DNA of 64,000 nucleotides from a virus (Duplodnaviria; Heunggongvirae; Uroviricota; Caudoviricetes): IMG/VR virus record IMGVR_UViG_2681813455_000010, positions 1,928 to 65,927 of that record; one strand, 5' to 3'. Shown piece by piece: positions 44,832 to 54,844 of this stretch (position 1 is its first letter; each line of letters starts with the position of its first letter). The notes under the pieces were generated by a model. It saw only the letters and a program-made list of their open reading frames with translations, ran no database searches and was not told where the DNA came from. The position numbers and the translations under genes were made by a program.

Positions 44832-44984
44832 ATGAGAGGAATGCCAAGAGGAAGTCGAGGACAGAGGGCTGTCCAGTCAACAGCAAGAAGAGCAAGACGA
44901 TCAAATGCCAGCCATTCTGACCAATTAGGATGCCTGGCACTAATCATCTTTGGCCTGATATTTATCTATTTCATGGCTAATTAG
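44832..44984 (+). CDS. Small ORF with basic N-terminus and C-terminal hydrophobic helix
   Basis: 50-aa ORF MRGMPRGSRGQRAVQSTARRARR...LALIIFGLIFIYFMAN; not in the supplied track. Confidence 0.2.
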   Translation: MRGMPRGSRGQRAVQSTARRARRSNASHSDQLGCLALIIFGLIFIYFMAN

Positions 44985-44994
44985 CAAAGATTGC

Positions 44995-45450
44995 TCATCT
45001 TACACACTGCGTTCGAATGTATTGCTGCAAGCCTCGGATCATTTTATCACTGGTTTCAATCCGCTTTCTAAGGGTGAAATAATCCCGTTGAGCGGTGTCA
45101 GTAAGTCTGGGGCTGGCGCCATCATCCACGCCGGAGGCGGCGGTGATTTTATGCATGTCGGGACAGACTGCATTGAAGCGCAGCCGCTTACGCCCAGCAG
45201 AAACATCAGCACGTAGACTTTCGATAGTCGCGTTAGCATCAGCAAGTTCCTTTGTATATCTGGCATCGAGTTCAGCTACATCACGTTGACGCTTCTGCAT
45301 ATCAGAGATGATAGATGTGGCTTTATCGCGCTGGTCTTTGTAGGCGATGGCGTTATCACGGTAATGATTAACAGCCAATGACAGGCAGACGATGATGCAG
45401 ATAACCAGAACGGAGATAATCGCGGTTACCCTGCCCATTGTTGCCCCCAC
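44995..45450 (-). CDS. Rz: Spanin, inner-membrane subunit Rz
   Basis: N-terminal TM helix then coiled-coil periplasmic domain; follows the endolysin gene. Confidence 0.7.
   Translation of the reverse strand: MGATMGRVTAIISVLVICIIVCLSLAVNHYRDNAIAYKDQRDKATSIISDMQKRQRDVAELDARYTKELADANATIESLRADVSAGRKRLRFNAVCPDMHKITAASGVDDGASPRLTDTAQRDYFTLRKRIETSDKMIRGLQQYIRTQCVR
45039..45239 (-). CDS. Rz1: Spanin, outer-membrane lipoprotein Rz1 (embedded in Rz, +1 frame)
   Basis: Embedded ORF with lipobox (LLGVSGC) and Pro-rich mature region. Confidence 0.6.
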   Translation of the reverse strand: MLTRLSKVYVLMFLLGVSGCASMQSVPTCIKSPPPPAWMMAPAPDLLTPLNGIISPLESGLKPVIK

Positions 45451-45932
45451 AAACAGACCTCACGCTCAATCTCACGACGAGTCATCAGGCCTTTCCATTG
45501 CTTACCGCCAGCGTATGTCCAGCGACGTAGCTGGTCACATGCGCCCTTGATATCGCCCTGGTTTATTTTGCGAAGAAGAGTAGATGTTCTGAAATTGCCT
45601 GCGCCCACGTTATAGACGAACGAGTAAAGAGCGCCGCGCGTTGTTTCCGGTATATCGACTTTGATGTACGGGTTAATTTGTCTGGCGACAGTGGCAAGGT
45701 CTTTATTCAGGAGGGCTTTGCATTCTGCTTCGGTATACGTTTTACCGAGCATAATGTCTTTTCCGGTGTGCCCGTAACATACAGTCCATACGCCAACGAT
45801 ATCTTTATATGGTATGTAGCTGACACCTTCCAGACCATCGTCACCACTCGGACCAGTGATGAGCACAGACGCTATGGCAACAGCCCCACCACCAATAGCA
45901 GCTGCAACAGCCTTGCGTAATGATGGCGACAT
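45426..45932 (-). CDS. R: Endolysin (lysozyme family) with N-terminal signal-anchor-like segment
   Basis: 168 aa; lysozyme-like sequence; Gly/Ala-rich weakly hydrophobic N-terminus. Confidence 0.85.
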   Translation of the reverse strand: MSPSLRKAVAAAIGGGAVAIASVLITGPSGDDGLEGVSYIPYKDIVGVWTVCYGHTGKDIMLGKTYTEAECKALLNKDLATVARQINPYIKVDIPETTRGALYSFVYNVGAGNFRTSTLLRKINQGDIKGACDQLRRWTYAGGKQWKGLMTRREIEREVCLWGQQWAG

Positions 45933-46147
45933 TATTCACCTCTCGCAGCCTTACGCTTATCTTCTTTAATCTTGAAATAAAGGTTTGTCAGGTACGTCAG
46001 CAGGCCAAATACCAGACTACCCAGCACACCTATTGCCGCCCACTGTGATGGCGTGACTTTATCGAGCAACTGTAAAAACCAGTAGCCAGCACTGCCTGCA
46101 GAGGTGCCATAGGCGACACCTGTTGTTAACTTATCCATTGATTTCAT
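45932..46147 (-). CDS. S: Holin (phage 21 S-like pinholin class)
   Basis: 71 aa, two TM segments, basic C-terminus, immediately upstream of the endolysin gene. Confidence 0.75.
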
Positions 46148-46368
46148 ATCCTCACCCCGATGTACACGGATGGTGCAATATGTTTGAAAAGATCGGAGTC
46201 TACGGGTTAGTTTTTACAGCAAACGTTGTTCTCAACGACGCTCAAAAAACAGAAAATTAAAATAACGTGGTTAAATATTTTAAAAGAAAAACCATCTATT
46301 AAATAATAATGCGGGATATATTTTTCTATTTAGTGTAATGTATACGGCCATTTATACAGGAAAAGCCT

Positions 46369-46539
46369 ATGTCAGAACGTAAAGACTCAAAATCACGCCG
46401 TAATTATCTCGTAAAATGTTCCTGCCCAAACTGTACCCAAGAATCAGAACACAGTTTTTCTAGAGTACAAAAAGGTGCCCTTTTGATCTGCCCTCATTGC
46501 AACAAAGTATTCCAAACAAATCTTAAAGCTGTTGCCTGA
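46369..46539 (+). CDS. Small zinc-ribbon protein
   Basis: 56-aa ORF with CxC...CxxC...CxxC pattern; not in the supplied track. Confidence 0.35.
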   Translation: MSERKDSKSRRNYLVKCSCPNCTQESEHSFSRVQKGALLICPHCNKVFQTNLKAVA

Positions 46540-46595
46540 GTGTTTTGATTACTTACAAAGAGTTTTTATATTTTAATAATATATTTAAATCAGAT

Positions 46596-46625
46596 AATAA
46601 AAAACCCGCCTGCGCGGGTTTGAGA
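46596..46625 (-). terminator. Rho-independent terminator (hairpin plus T-run on the minus strand) downstream of csp
   Basis: aaacccgcctgcgcgggttt hairpin followed by TTTTTT on the minus strand. Confidence 0.45.
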
Positions 46626-46820
46626 TTGTGGTGCTTTTTGTGGTAGTTACCCACTTACGCACTTTGTATTGCTATGCCAGCAGTTAGCTTCTACTGTAAA
46701 ACTATTCATGCAGCAAACCTGCACTTCACCACAAAATGGGATTCAATACCCACAACTCTATCTGCATCTCTACTCAGGCATCAGCCTTCTTCGTTATCGT
46801 ATACAGACAAGCTATGAATT

Positions 46821-47036
46821 TTAATCAGTAATAATGACATTTGCTGCTGCAGGACCTTTAGCACCACTCTCTACAGAGAAGGTAACCTTTTGGCCTTCAA
46901 ATAAGGTTCGATAATTATCATTCTGAATTGCAGAAAAATGCACAAACACATCTTTACTACCATCAACAGGAGAAATAAAGCCAAAACCTTTATCAGCGTT
47001 AAACCATTTTACTAAACCAGTCATTTTATTTGACAT
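46821..47036 (-). CDS. Cold-shock protein (CspA family)
   Basis: 71 aa, [12 protein letters not shown] and [11 protein letters not shown]-binding motifs. Confidence 0.85.
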   Translation of the reverse strand: MSNKMTGLVKWFNADKGFGFISPVDGSKDVFVHFSAIQNDNYRTLFEGQKVTFSVESGAKGPAAANVIITD

Positions 47037-47270
47037 TCTACATTCCTTAACTTGAGCCTTTCGGCATAAATGATTTGTATAACAGAAACGACTTCGTACT
47101 TAATTGGAGAGACTCAAAGAAGGAATAAGTGAATAACACCTGAAATGAGAACTGCTTTAGTAAACTACTTCGTATATCGTCTGTTCTTCAAACCGACGCA
47201 GCCATTAACGCATAGTTGTACACTTGGAAGCAATGTTTATTTTAGACATCCAGCCACCTCCCCATTTAAA

Positions 47271-47300
47271 ACACAAAAACCCGCTCATTAGCGGGTTTTC
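47271..47300 (-). terminator. Hairpin terminator downstream of Q (tR'-like)
   Basis: aaaacccgctcattagcgggtttt palindrome with T-runs on both strands, about 100 bp downstream of the Q stop. Confidence 0.45.
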
Positions 47301-47404
47301 TACTTTTTCTCAACACCGGACATACAAAGCCCATCGTTGAGAAAATCCTATCCATGTTTTTTGAAAAATGCAAGCATCATGTCGATATCTTCGGCGAAAA
47401 TTAT

Positions 47405-48157
47405 TTATCTTGTCACTTTTCTCAACTGTGCTTCTGCATATGCTTCTTCCTGCCAGCACTTTGTAACCAGTTTATCAATAACATCAGCATACCCCTTGTA
47501 CCACTGATAATCCGTCAGGTCCGGTACCAGTTTCTGGACATGATGCCGCGCCAGTGTGGTTGGTAAACGGCTAAACCGGTTTCCATTGCAACGCCCACAA
47601 ATCTTATAAACAGGCGTGCCATGAAGCCGGGTCCTTTTTTCATCCAGGACAATACCTTTACCCTTACACCCTCTGCACGCTGTGCTGACTTCTCCCTTAC
47701 CATGACAATGCTGACATAGTTCCTTCACCCACTCTTCCTTGATAACGGATTCCCCGCTTCTGGAATGTTTCACCACTTCGCGCAATACATTATGAAATCC
47801 CGTACCAGCACAATGCTCACAGCGAGCCTTACTTGCCGCAGACCTGGAATAATCAGCAAAGGCAAAATTCACGAGGTAAGGAATAATCTGTAACCGTGTT
47901 TCTGCACTCAATTTATTCAATGTCGGGTTATCCAGTGCCATCGCGTAATTGAGCAGACCTTCAATCGCAAACTGAGGGTCCTGAACACCAACTTTTGCCA
48001 GGAATAAGGCAAACCCAAGCGGTGCTTTCGACTGCACCATCCCCTGCGCAGCCATCACATCCGTAATTGATAAACCACCTGAGTCTGTCGCCGGTGCGTC
48101 ATCGCTCAATTTTGGAGATTTTGGGGAGTAATATTTTGGTAAGGCCTCAAGATTCAT
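47405..48157 (-). CDS. Q: Late-gene antiterminator Q
   Basis: ORF 47405..48187, start taken at MNLEALPKYY; Cys/His zinc-binding clusters; position upstream of lysis genes. Confidence 0.7.
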   Translation of the reverse strand: MNLEALPKYYSPKSPKLSDDAPATDSGGLSITDVMAAQGMVQSKAPLGFALFLAKVGVQDPQFAIEGLLNYAMALDNPTLNKLSAETRLQIIPYLVNFAFADYSRSAASKARCEHCAGTGFHNVLREVVKHSRSGESVIKEEWVKELCQHCHGKGEVSTACRGCKGKGIVLDEKRTRLHGTPVYKICGRCNGNRFSRLPTTLARHHVQKLVPDLTDYQWYKGYADVIDKLVTKCWQEEAYAEAQLRKVTR

Positions 48158-48373
48158 TCTCGCTCTCCATTTACACCAGCACGCCAATTGGCAGCAAAAA
48201 ACAATAAAACGGCATCAACCGATCGTTATCTCTGGCTTCATACAATTGTCTCTGCCAGTGTTTTGGCGTAATTCTTCAGTATCCGGTAATCGGTCAAAAC
48301 AGAACCGGGAAACGATATAAGCGCAGGCGCACCCAGCGGTAGCGAAGGAGTTCTGCCATATATGACTCACACA

Positions 48374-48736
48374 TCATTCATCCCCCAGTTCGGTGATGAT
48401 CAGTTCCAGCTTTCCACCCTTGGTAACGGGCATTTTCACAACGCGATAATCAACGACCTGAGCATCATCCAGCCAGAAACCTGCTTTGGTGAGTGCGTCA
48501 AAAGCTGCTTTTTGCAGATTATCCAGGTCACGGCGACGGCGATCCGGCATGTGGCACTCAATACGGATTTTCACTGGCATAGCCAGACCGATATCCAGCA
48601 TGGAGCCTTTGATGATTCGGGCGACGTTATCGCGGTATACCTGCCCCTCTGCGCTGATGTGCGTGCGCCCGCGATTATGGCGATAATAGCGATTATTGCT
48701 CGGAGGCCAGGGTAATGTGATGCTGTAGGTATTCAC
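48374..48736 (-). CDS. rusA: Holliday junction resolvase RusA
   Basis: 120 aa, [26 protein letters not shown]... RusA sequence. Confidence 0.9.
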   Translation of the reverse strand: MNTYSITLPWPPSNNRYYRHNRGRTHISAEGQVYRDNVARIIKGSMLDIGLAMPVKIRIECHMPDRRRRDLDNLQKAAFDALTKAGFWLDDAQVVDYRVVKMPVTKGGKLELIITELGDE

Positions 48737-49023
48737 GCGTTAATAACCCCCTCTTTCAGCCAGATAACCTGTGTTCTCGCCATACCTTCCAGCGCGCATT
48801 CTTTTGCATATCCAGCGTCAACAAAATGCGTGCGACGGTCGATCTCATCGTGACAGGCAGAACATGCAATGGTGGCAATCAGGTCTGGCGGTTTGGTACC
48901 GGTGCCACACAATCCAGCCAGCCGGATATGTGCCAGTACAGACGTTTCAGGGTTGCCATTACATATGCCAGGGATTCTTACCTGGCATTCCCGACCACGC
49001 GCTGCTTTTCTCAAATCAGCCAT
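48733..49023 (-). CDS. ybcO: YbcO-like nin-region protein (DUF1364)
   Basis: [19 protein letters not shown]... with conserved Cys/His residues; start at the internal Met of ORF 48733..49062. Confidence 0.7.
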   Translation of the reverse strand: MADLRKAARGRECQVRIPGICNGNPETSVLAHIRLAGLCGTGTKPPDLIATIACSACHDEIDRRTHFVDAGYAKECALEGMARTQVIWLKEGVINA

Positions 49024-49162
49024 GATTCCTCCTTGCTGCCAGTCGCAACCATTTTTTATCAACCAGGCTGGCGGTATACCCTAGCAGTGTTGGTATTTCG
49101 GATGGCTTCAGCTCAGGCTTACGCTTACGACGATTTGGTACTCTGTAGATGTGTCCGTTCAT
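49016..49162 (-). CDS. ninE: NinE-like protein
   Basis: 48-aa ORF ending ...[11 protein letters not shown]; stop overlaps the ybcO start (ATGGCTGA). Confidence 0.45.
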   Translation of the reverse strand: MNGHIYRVPNRRKRKPELKPSEIPTLLGYTASLVDKKWLRLAARRNHG

Positions 49163-49185
49163 GACACGAATAAGCGGTGTAGCCA

Positions 49186-49641
49186 TTACGCCTCCTGCTT
49201 GTCGCGGAGCTGCTGGAACTCGCAGCTCTGCGGAATAGTCAGGTGGCAGCCAATATTCATCGCCCAGGCTTCAACCTTACAGAGGAAGACATACATCTCT
49301 CCGGTATCAAGATCGGAGGTATGGCGTAACGACTGGATAGTGGTGATATCACCGGTTACGACATCAACCAGGTCTTTGGTTTCATAACCGAGATATGTGT
49401 GTTTGAGAGCATCTTTTACCCAAGCTGGAGTGGCGAACGTTTTACCCTTGCTGATGAGGTATTCACTGATTTCGCTGTACCACATGTGGCTGAGTGCATT
49501 CTGGGAAAGACTGCGTCTCTCGCGCCACGGTTTAAGCACCATGCGAAAGCATTTTCCGTCCTCCAGATAAGGCTGGATCTGCTGACCGATAGCGGTGAAG
49601 TTACCGCGATGCAATTTGATACCGTCTTGTGGGAGGTTCAC
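49186..49641 (-). CDS. ybcN: YbcN-like nin-region protein
   Basis: 151 aa, [19 protein letters not shown]... Confidence 0.7.
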
Positions 49642-49828
49642 GCTTCACCTCCGCAGAGGTCAAACGCTAGATGCAAAGAATTGCAGGTGCATTTCTGCAT
49701 CTGTGAAGGGAGAAGAGAGTTTGGATTGTATGTGCGCATAAACGTCCCCGTTTAGCGCAGAAGTCACCGGAGTTGTTCAGGCTCCGATGACATGATTATG
49801 GCGGGTTGATTATGGAAAATCAATCAAG

Positions 49829-50338
49829 CTATGTTTCATCGGCGAGGTCATCATCTGTGACAATCATGAGGTTAAAGAATGAAATAATGTTTAACCACTG
49901 CGAGTAAATATCGCTCGTCATGCTGGTTAGCTCCTCTCCGTGAAAGAAGGCATCAGGCCCAACCTCATAGTTGAGCTCTTCAAAAAGCTCCATGTTTAAT
50001 TGGCTAATAAAGAATTGCTTCAGACCTTTCATTGCATCCTGATTGTTGGTATCTGAGTAATTTATTATGCTCCCCATTGCCATGTTCAAACATCGAACAA
50101 TATTGGCTGCGTCATGAAAGCTCCAGTCAGCCCCTTTCTTTCCTTTTGAGTATGAATTCGCTCTCTCAGCGCAAGCTTTTAATGTCTCGTACAAATACTG
50201 CTTTCCTTGCAACTGCAAAGCTTTTTCGGATGTGGCCCTGCTAGCTTCTGAGGATCGCCATGCTAAATAAGTTGCTACCGCAGATGCGATAGCTGCAATC
50301 GCAGAAACTGCATCTATACCGTTATCCCAACCAGACAT
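49829..50338 (-). CDS. Hypothetical protein with N-terminal TM helix (nin-region moron)
   Basis: 169 aa; N-terminal IDAVSAIAAIASAVATYLAW hydrophobic helix; flanked by noncoding DNA. Confidence 0.4.
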   Translation of the reverse strand: MSGWDNGIDAVSAIAAIASAVATYLAWRSSEASRATSEKALQLQGKQYLYETLKACAERANSYSKGKKGADWSFHDAANIVRCLNMAMGSIINYSDTNNQDAMKGLKQFFISQLNMELFEELNYEVGPDAFFHGEELTSMTSDIYSQWLNIISFFNLMIVTDDDLADET

Positions 50339-50387
50339 AAAAACCCCCTCGATTATTTGAGGGGATTATACCTTCAAAGTTTCCGCG

Positions 50388-50609
50388 CTACCCATTCATA
50401 ACTAAAGCTTTTGCTTTCCAATGAGAAAGCGCGCTATGTTCGCTAGAACCTGTTTCGACTATATGGCGCCCCCAGGAATCTCCCCATGCCCTCCACGTTG
50501 ACTTGCCGGTTTGGACTACTGTGACAACATACTCTTTGCCGTCGATGTTAACTTCATGCTGCACTGGTGATTGTGATTTCATTTTCAAACCTCTGCTTAT
50601 CGTTGACAT
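50388..50609 (-). CDS. Hypothetical small protein
   Basis: 73-aa ORF. Confidence 0.3.
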   Translation of the reverse strand: MSTISRGLKMKSQSPVQHEVNIDGKEYVVTVVQTGKSTWRAWGDSWGRHIVETGSSEHSALSHWKAKALVMNG

Positions 50610-50633
50610 CGCAATTATGCTGTCACGACATAA

Positions 50634-51440
50634 TCACTTCGCCTCCTGCTGCGGTGCTGCTGCGATCATGGCCTTCCATTGGTGGTCTGGGCTCCATAAT
50701 CCACCGCCATCTTCACACTCTTCCTGCGCCTGATGGTACGCCTCACGCATTTCTGGAGTTGGCTCCTTAGGAACCAGCACCCAACCATCCGGAATCACCG
50801 GAGAGTTGCTGACGGGCGACTCGGAAATTTTTGGCGAAGAATCTAGGGCTGGCGCGGTCTGCATGGTGGTGGGCGACTCGGCTTTTTCGGCACCCTGAAG
50901 CATGGCGTCGCGGCATCCGTCATACGCTTCTTTCATAGCATCACGCACCCATCCGACAGGTTTCTGCTCAGTCAACTCACACCATTTCTCGAATGTGGGC
51001 ACAGATACCGGAACTGGCGGTGCTGCATAAAGCGCCTGACAACTCCAGCCAGACCAGTGAGCACCCTCCGCTCTCTCATCATCTTCAGGGCGAACAAGCG
51101 TGACTTCGCTCGGGTGTTTCCTGTGTGACCACAGCCAGGCTACGGTTTCGGCATTGGCTGGCTCTGGCGGGGCGGAGTAAAAATACTCATCCTCAATCCC
51201 ATCAACGGGCTTTGAGAAGCCGATAAAATCACCATAATGCCAAGGATAGGGGCCGTATGGCTCAGAGGTCACACGACGCCACCGGTGAATGGCAGGCTCC
51301 GCTTCGAGCGATGCCAGCGCGATACGCAGTGCCGCCAGCGTGTTGCTGTCGCCTTCGTCCAGACCGAACGGGATTTCATCTCTGGCTGCTTCCATGTCGG
51401 CAATTTTCTGCTGCAGCCATTGTTTGGTAATAGTGCTCAT
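50634..51440 (-). CDS. Hypothetical phage protein
   Basis: 268-aa ORF, Trp/Pro-rich. Confidence 0.4.
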   Translation of the reverse strand: MSTITKQWLQQKIADMEAARDEIPFGLDEGDSNTLAALRIALASLEAEPAIHRWRRVTSEPYGPYPWHYGDFIGFSKPVDGIEDEYFYSAPPEPANAETVAWLWSHRKHPSEVTLVRPEDDERAEGAHWSGWSCQALYAAPPVPVSVPTFEKWCELTEQKPVGWVRDAMKEAYDGCRDAMLQGAEKAESPTTMQTAPALDSSPKISESPVSNSPVIPDGWVLVPKEPTPEMREAYHQAQEECEDGGGLWSPDHQWKAMIAAAPQQEAK

Positions 51441-51706
51441 GATGCCTCTCCTTTACCGGATGCGGCGGCGATCAGCTTCTGCGCCTGCTGAATGTCAGGA
51501 TTGCCTGCAATCATCACTTCTGGCGCGTCACAGTCACCGCCAAGGTCAAGAATGCGCTCATGTCCGGTACGCAGGCAGGATTTGTATCCTGAAACCGTCT
51601 GCTTGAGCGATTCGGTCAGCACAGCAATCCTCTGGTCTTTGGCTTCCAGCTCATCCAGCAGCGCCAGCACTGTGGCTGGGTTGGCTGCGGAGTTCAGCGC
51701 GTTCAA
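51437..51706 (-). CDS. Hypothetical protein
   Basis: 89-aa ORF overlapping its neighbour by 4 nt. Confidence 0.3.
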   Translation of the reverse strand: MNALNSAANPATVLALLDELEAKDQRIAVLTESLKQTVSGYKSCLRTGHERILDLGGDCDAPEVMIAGNPDIQQAQKLIAAASGKGEAS

Positions 51707-51846
51707 GGCAGTGATATCTGCATCAAGCTGAGTTCATTCTGCCAGTGAGATATCGAAAATGTCATCAGGCGGCATAACACTAAGGCGCTCATGTGCACCA
51801 ACTGCTGCCTCAGCGATTTCACGTAATGCGCGTTTGTCGATGTTGC

Positions 51847-52077
51847 TCATTCTTCATCCTCCAACTCAGATACGGCGTCCATTACATCTGAGCCGCGAAT
51901 GGTTTCGAATGCCACACAAGCCATTTCAAAGCACAGGCGCTCATGCGGGTGCGGAGATTGCCAATACTTGAAGCCAGGACGATGCGAATAGCCCTGCATC
52001 GCATAAAACTCTCCGGCCAATTCAATGGCGGCATCCACCAGTTCACGGTTTGTCATTGGTTTGTCGATGTTGCTCAT
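51847..52077 (-). CDS. Hypothetical protein
   Basis: 76-aa ORF. Confidence 0.3.
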   Translation of the reverse strand: MSNIDKPMTNRELVDAAIELAGEFYAMQGYSHRPGFKYWQSPHPHERLCFEMACVAFETIRGSDVMDAVSELEDEE

Positions 52078-52331
52078 TGGGCGGCCTCCTGGATTAACTT
52101 TTCGAGAATGGCATCAAGGGCTTTCCGTTTTCCGATATACCCGCCACCAACCCACTCTCCACGAAGCAAGGCGTAATATTTCCCGTCGTCTTCGTGATAC
52201 GGTCCTCGGATAGACCAGTCGGTTGTGATGGCGTCGATAGCCTTTTTAGTTTCTGCGAAATCCATCATGCTCATACCCCTACCCTCCCCCAAACCATCAA
52301 CACCCGCTTCATCGCGGCACTCTGGCGACAC
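52074..52331 (-). CDS. Hypothetical nin-region protein
   Basis: 85-aa ORF; true start probably internal. Confidence 0.3.
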   Translation of the reverse strand: MSPECRDEAGVDGLGEGRGMSMMDFAETKKAIDAITTDWSIRGPYHEDDGKYYALLRGEWVGGGYIGKRKALDAILEKLIQEAAQ

Positions 52332-52564
52332 TCCTTAAAAATCAGGTTAGTGCTCACCTTTCCTTCCCGTTCTTCCCTGGTAGCGAATCTGTAATACACC
52401 GTTCGCCAGACCTTACCATCAATGACCAAGATTCCTGCCCGCGCCATTTTAGCCGCAGCCTGATTTATGCTGGTTACTGTTGCGCCTGTTACCGCGGCAA
52501 CGTCCTGCGCACAGAAGCTCTTATGCGTCCCCAGGTAATAAATAATTGCCTCTTTGCCCGTCAT
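52271..52564 (-). CDS. ren: Ren-like protein
   Basis: 97 aa, MTGKEAIIYYLGTHKSFCAQDVAAVTGATVTSINQAAAKMARAG... as in lambda Ren; immediately downstream of P. Confidence 0.7.
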   Translation of the reverse strand: MTGKEAIIYYLGTHKSFCAQDVAAVTGATVTSINQAAAKMARAGILVIDGKVWRTVYYRFATREEREGKVSTNLIFKECRQSAAMKRVLMVWGRVGV

Positions 52565-53262
52565 ACACTTGCTCCTTTCAGTCCGAACTTAGCTTTGATT
52601 TCTGCGATCTTCGCCAAAGCCTGTGCACGATTTAAAGGTCTACCGCCCATGACAGGAAGTTGTTTTACTGGTTCAGGTATCGCCTCACCACGGTTAATTC
52701 GCGCGGTCATACAGGTCAGCTCATCGGCAGCTTTACGCCGTAATTCCGCGTCAGTCAGCGCATTGGCCCGCATGTTCTGGTACAGGTTGGTAACCAACCA
52801 GTAGTGCGCGTTTGATTTCCATGGATAAGACTCTGCGTCCGGATACAGGCCACGCTTCCGGCAATACTCGTAAACCATATCAACCAGCTCGCTGACGTTT
52901 GGCAGTCCGGCGGTAACGGATGCTTCTTCCCGGCACCATGCAACAAACTGCCCGGGTGATGGCAGAAATGGTCGATTCTGCCGACGGGCTACGCGCATTC
53001 CTGCGTTAACCTGTTCCATCGTGGTGATCCCGTTTTCCCGAAAAGCCAGAACCCACTGGCGACGGATTTCGTTCACTTCGTTCTGGTCACGGTTAGCCAG
53101 GCTCGCCGGGAAAGTTGCCAGTAACTGGCTGAACACACCGTTGATGATCTGCGCTACCTGCTGTACCTGCGGCTTTTCGTCGTACTGTTCCGGCATGTTG
53201 TTGGCGATCCGACGCATCTGCTCACGGTCAAAGTTAACCATCTGTGCGGCGATGTTTTTCAT
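52561..53262 (-). CDS. P: Replication protein P (DnaB helicase loader)
   Basis: 233 aa, essentially lambda P. Confidence 0.9.
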   Translation of the reverse strand: MKNIAAQMVNFDREQMRRIANNMPEQYDEKPQVQQVAQIINGVFSQLLATFPASLANRDQNEVNEIRRQWVLAFRENGITTMEQVNAGMRVARRQNRPFLPSPGQFVAWCREEASVTAGLPNVSELVDMVYEYCRKRGLYPDAESYPWKSNAHYWLVTNLYQNMRANALTDAELRRKAADELTCMTARINRGEAIPEPVKQLPVMGGRPLNRAQALAKIAEIKAKFGLKGASV

Positions 53263-54188
53263 AGATCCACCCCGTAAATCCAGTCTGTGTTTGTCAGGTC
53301 GAGTTTTGGTTTGCTGGCTGTCACGCCTGCCTGTTGCTTGTTACGGTTGATTTCGAGTTGGGTCCACTTATCGCGGAGTTTGGCCGGACTTAGCACGTTA
53401 CCGGACCAGAAGTTGTCCTGGCATGCCCAGCGGAACAGCACGCACATGTCGCGGTGGTTACGTCCGTCACGTTCACGCATCAGGCGGATATCGTTAGCCC
53501 ACCCTGCAAAATTCGGTTTTCTGGCTGATGGCGCGATGGTCTTCACCATGTCAAACATCCACTCTGCGGCGGTCAGGTCTTCTGCTGTCCCCCACCTGCT
53601 GCCGCTCTGAATTGCAACATCTGGTTTCTCCACAGGAAGATCGTTTTCTGGTTGGTCAGAGGATTCGCCAGAATTCTCGGACGAAAAAGGTTTTATATTG
53701 TCTTTTGTTAGTTTGTCTTTTGTGTTTACCTGATTCGGGTAAACGCCTTTACCTGATTTGGGTAAACTTTTCTTACCTGATTCAGGTAAATTTACCTCTT
53801 TCAGGTAAACTTTATTTTTCTTACCTGATTCGGGTAATGTTGACCATTCACTGACCACATTATTAATGCCGATATTCCGCCCGCTCTGAATAAAAATCCC
53901 ACGCTTTACCAGAACACTTTTTGCAGCAGAACACTTGTGCGGCAATATCCCGGTCAACTCGGAAAGTTGCTCGTTGCTCACCCAATCCAGTTTTTTATTA
54001 AAGCCATATGTTTTGCGCATGACAGCCAGGAAGACCAGAAGCTGGTGCTGTGTTAATCCGGCCAGCATCACAGCTTCCAGCAACTCATTTGCAATGCGCG
54101 TATAACCATCATCGAGATCTGCCACGCGCGGCTCCTTTTGTGCCACATCCGGCACTGGAAAATTGAATATCTCAGCAGTGTTTGCCAT
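53259..54188 (-). CDS. O: Replication initiator protein O
   Basis: Lambda O-like; contains ori iterons; start taken at MANTAEIFNF after GGGAGG RBS. Confidence 0.8.
   Translation of the reverse strand: MANTAEIFNFPVPDVAQKEPRVADLDDGYTRIANELLEAVMLAGLTQHQLLVFLAVMRKTYGFNKKLDWVSNEQLSELTGILPHKCSAAKSVLVKRGIFIQSGRNIGINNVVSEWSTLPESGKKNKVYLKEVNLPESGKKSLPKSGKGVYPNQVNTKDKLTKDNIKPFSSENSGESSDQPENDLPVEKPDVAIQSGSRWGTAEDLTAAEWMFDMVKTIAPSARKPNFAGWANDIRLMRERDGRNHRDMCVLFRWACQDNFWSGNVLSPAKLRDKWTQLEINRNKQQAGVTASKPKLDLTNTDWIYGVDL
53725..53840. repeat. ori iterons inside the O gene
   Basis: 4-5 copies of tacctgattcgggtaaac-like 18-mers. Confidence 0.6.
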
Positions 54189-54274
54189 AATTCCTCCCGC
54201 AATGAGTGTGTTACGATTTGCACCTGAAAGTCGGTTCTGTTCGCGCAGACCGGCTTTCGCCATTTCTGAACCTG

Positions 54275-54820
54275 TCATATTGCCCCCAGCATGGTGGTGA
54301 CCATCGCCATCAATGGACCAGCCAGGTCCGGGTCCACACGAAACATCGACACAATGCCTTCACTCATCTCCTTCAGTTTCTGGTGGCGTGGTGCGTTGAG
54401 AATGACAGCCTGTTTTGCCTCACTGAGTTCCTTTTCCATTTCAGCCAACCGAGTCATGAAGCTATCCTGCTCAACCAGGTAACCGCGATATTCCAGCGGT
54501 AGTACCGCCAGAATTGCCGGGGTCAGTTCACGCACGTTATTTCGGTATTTTTCAGAATCGAATTTGTTATCGAGGAAGCGGAACAGCTTCTGGCGTGCAC
54601 GGCTGACATCATCAGGGAAATCGATGGTGCCGCCGCCCTGCTCCCGATACTCATTCACAATGAGTGCGGCAACAACATCCTGATTATCTGCAGCCGACCA
54701 GGCGCGGACGGCATCACGGATTTTTTCGTGGCCTGGCACCTGTTTTATTTGAGAACGATTTATCACCGCAGTCGGGCTAAATCCGCTAGTCTGTTGGTAT
54801 GTAAGTGGTTGCATAGTCAT
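54275..54820 (-). CDS. Hypothetical protein at the cII position (possibly YdaT-like)
   Basis: 181 aa between the cro-like gene and O; not similar to lambda CII; YdaT resemblance is from memory only. Confidence 0.35.
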   Translation of the reverse strand: MTMQPLTYQQTSGFSPTAVINRSQIKQVPGHEKIRDAVRAWSAADNQDVVAALIVNEYREQGGGTIDFPDDVSRARQKLFRFLDNKFDSEKYRNNVRELTPAILAVLPLEYRGYLVEQDSFMTRLAEMEKELSEAKQAVILNAPRHQKLKEMSEGIVSMFRVDPDLAGPLMAMVTTMLGAI

Positions 54821-54844
54821 TGCCTTATCAGTTAACGCCGCAGT

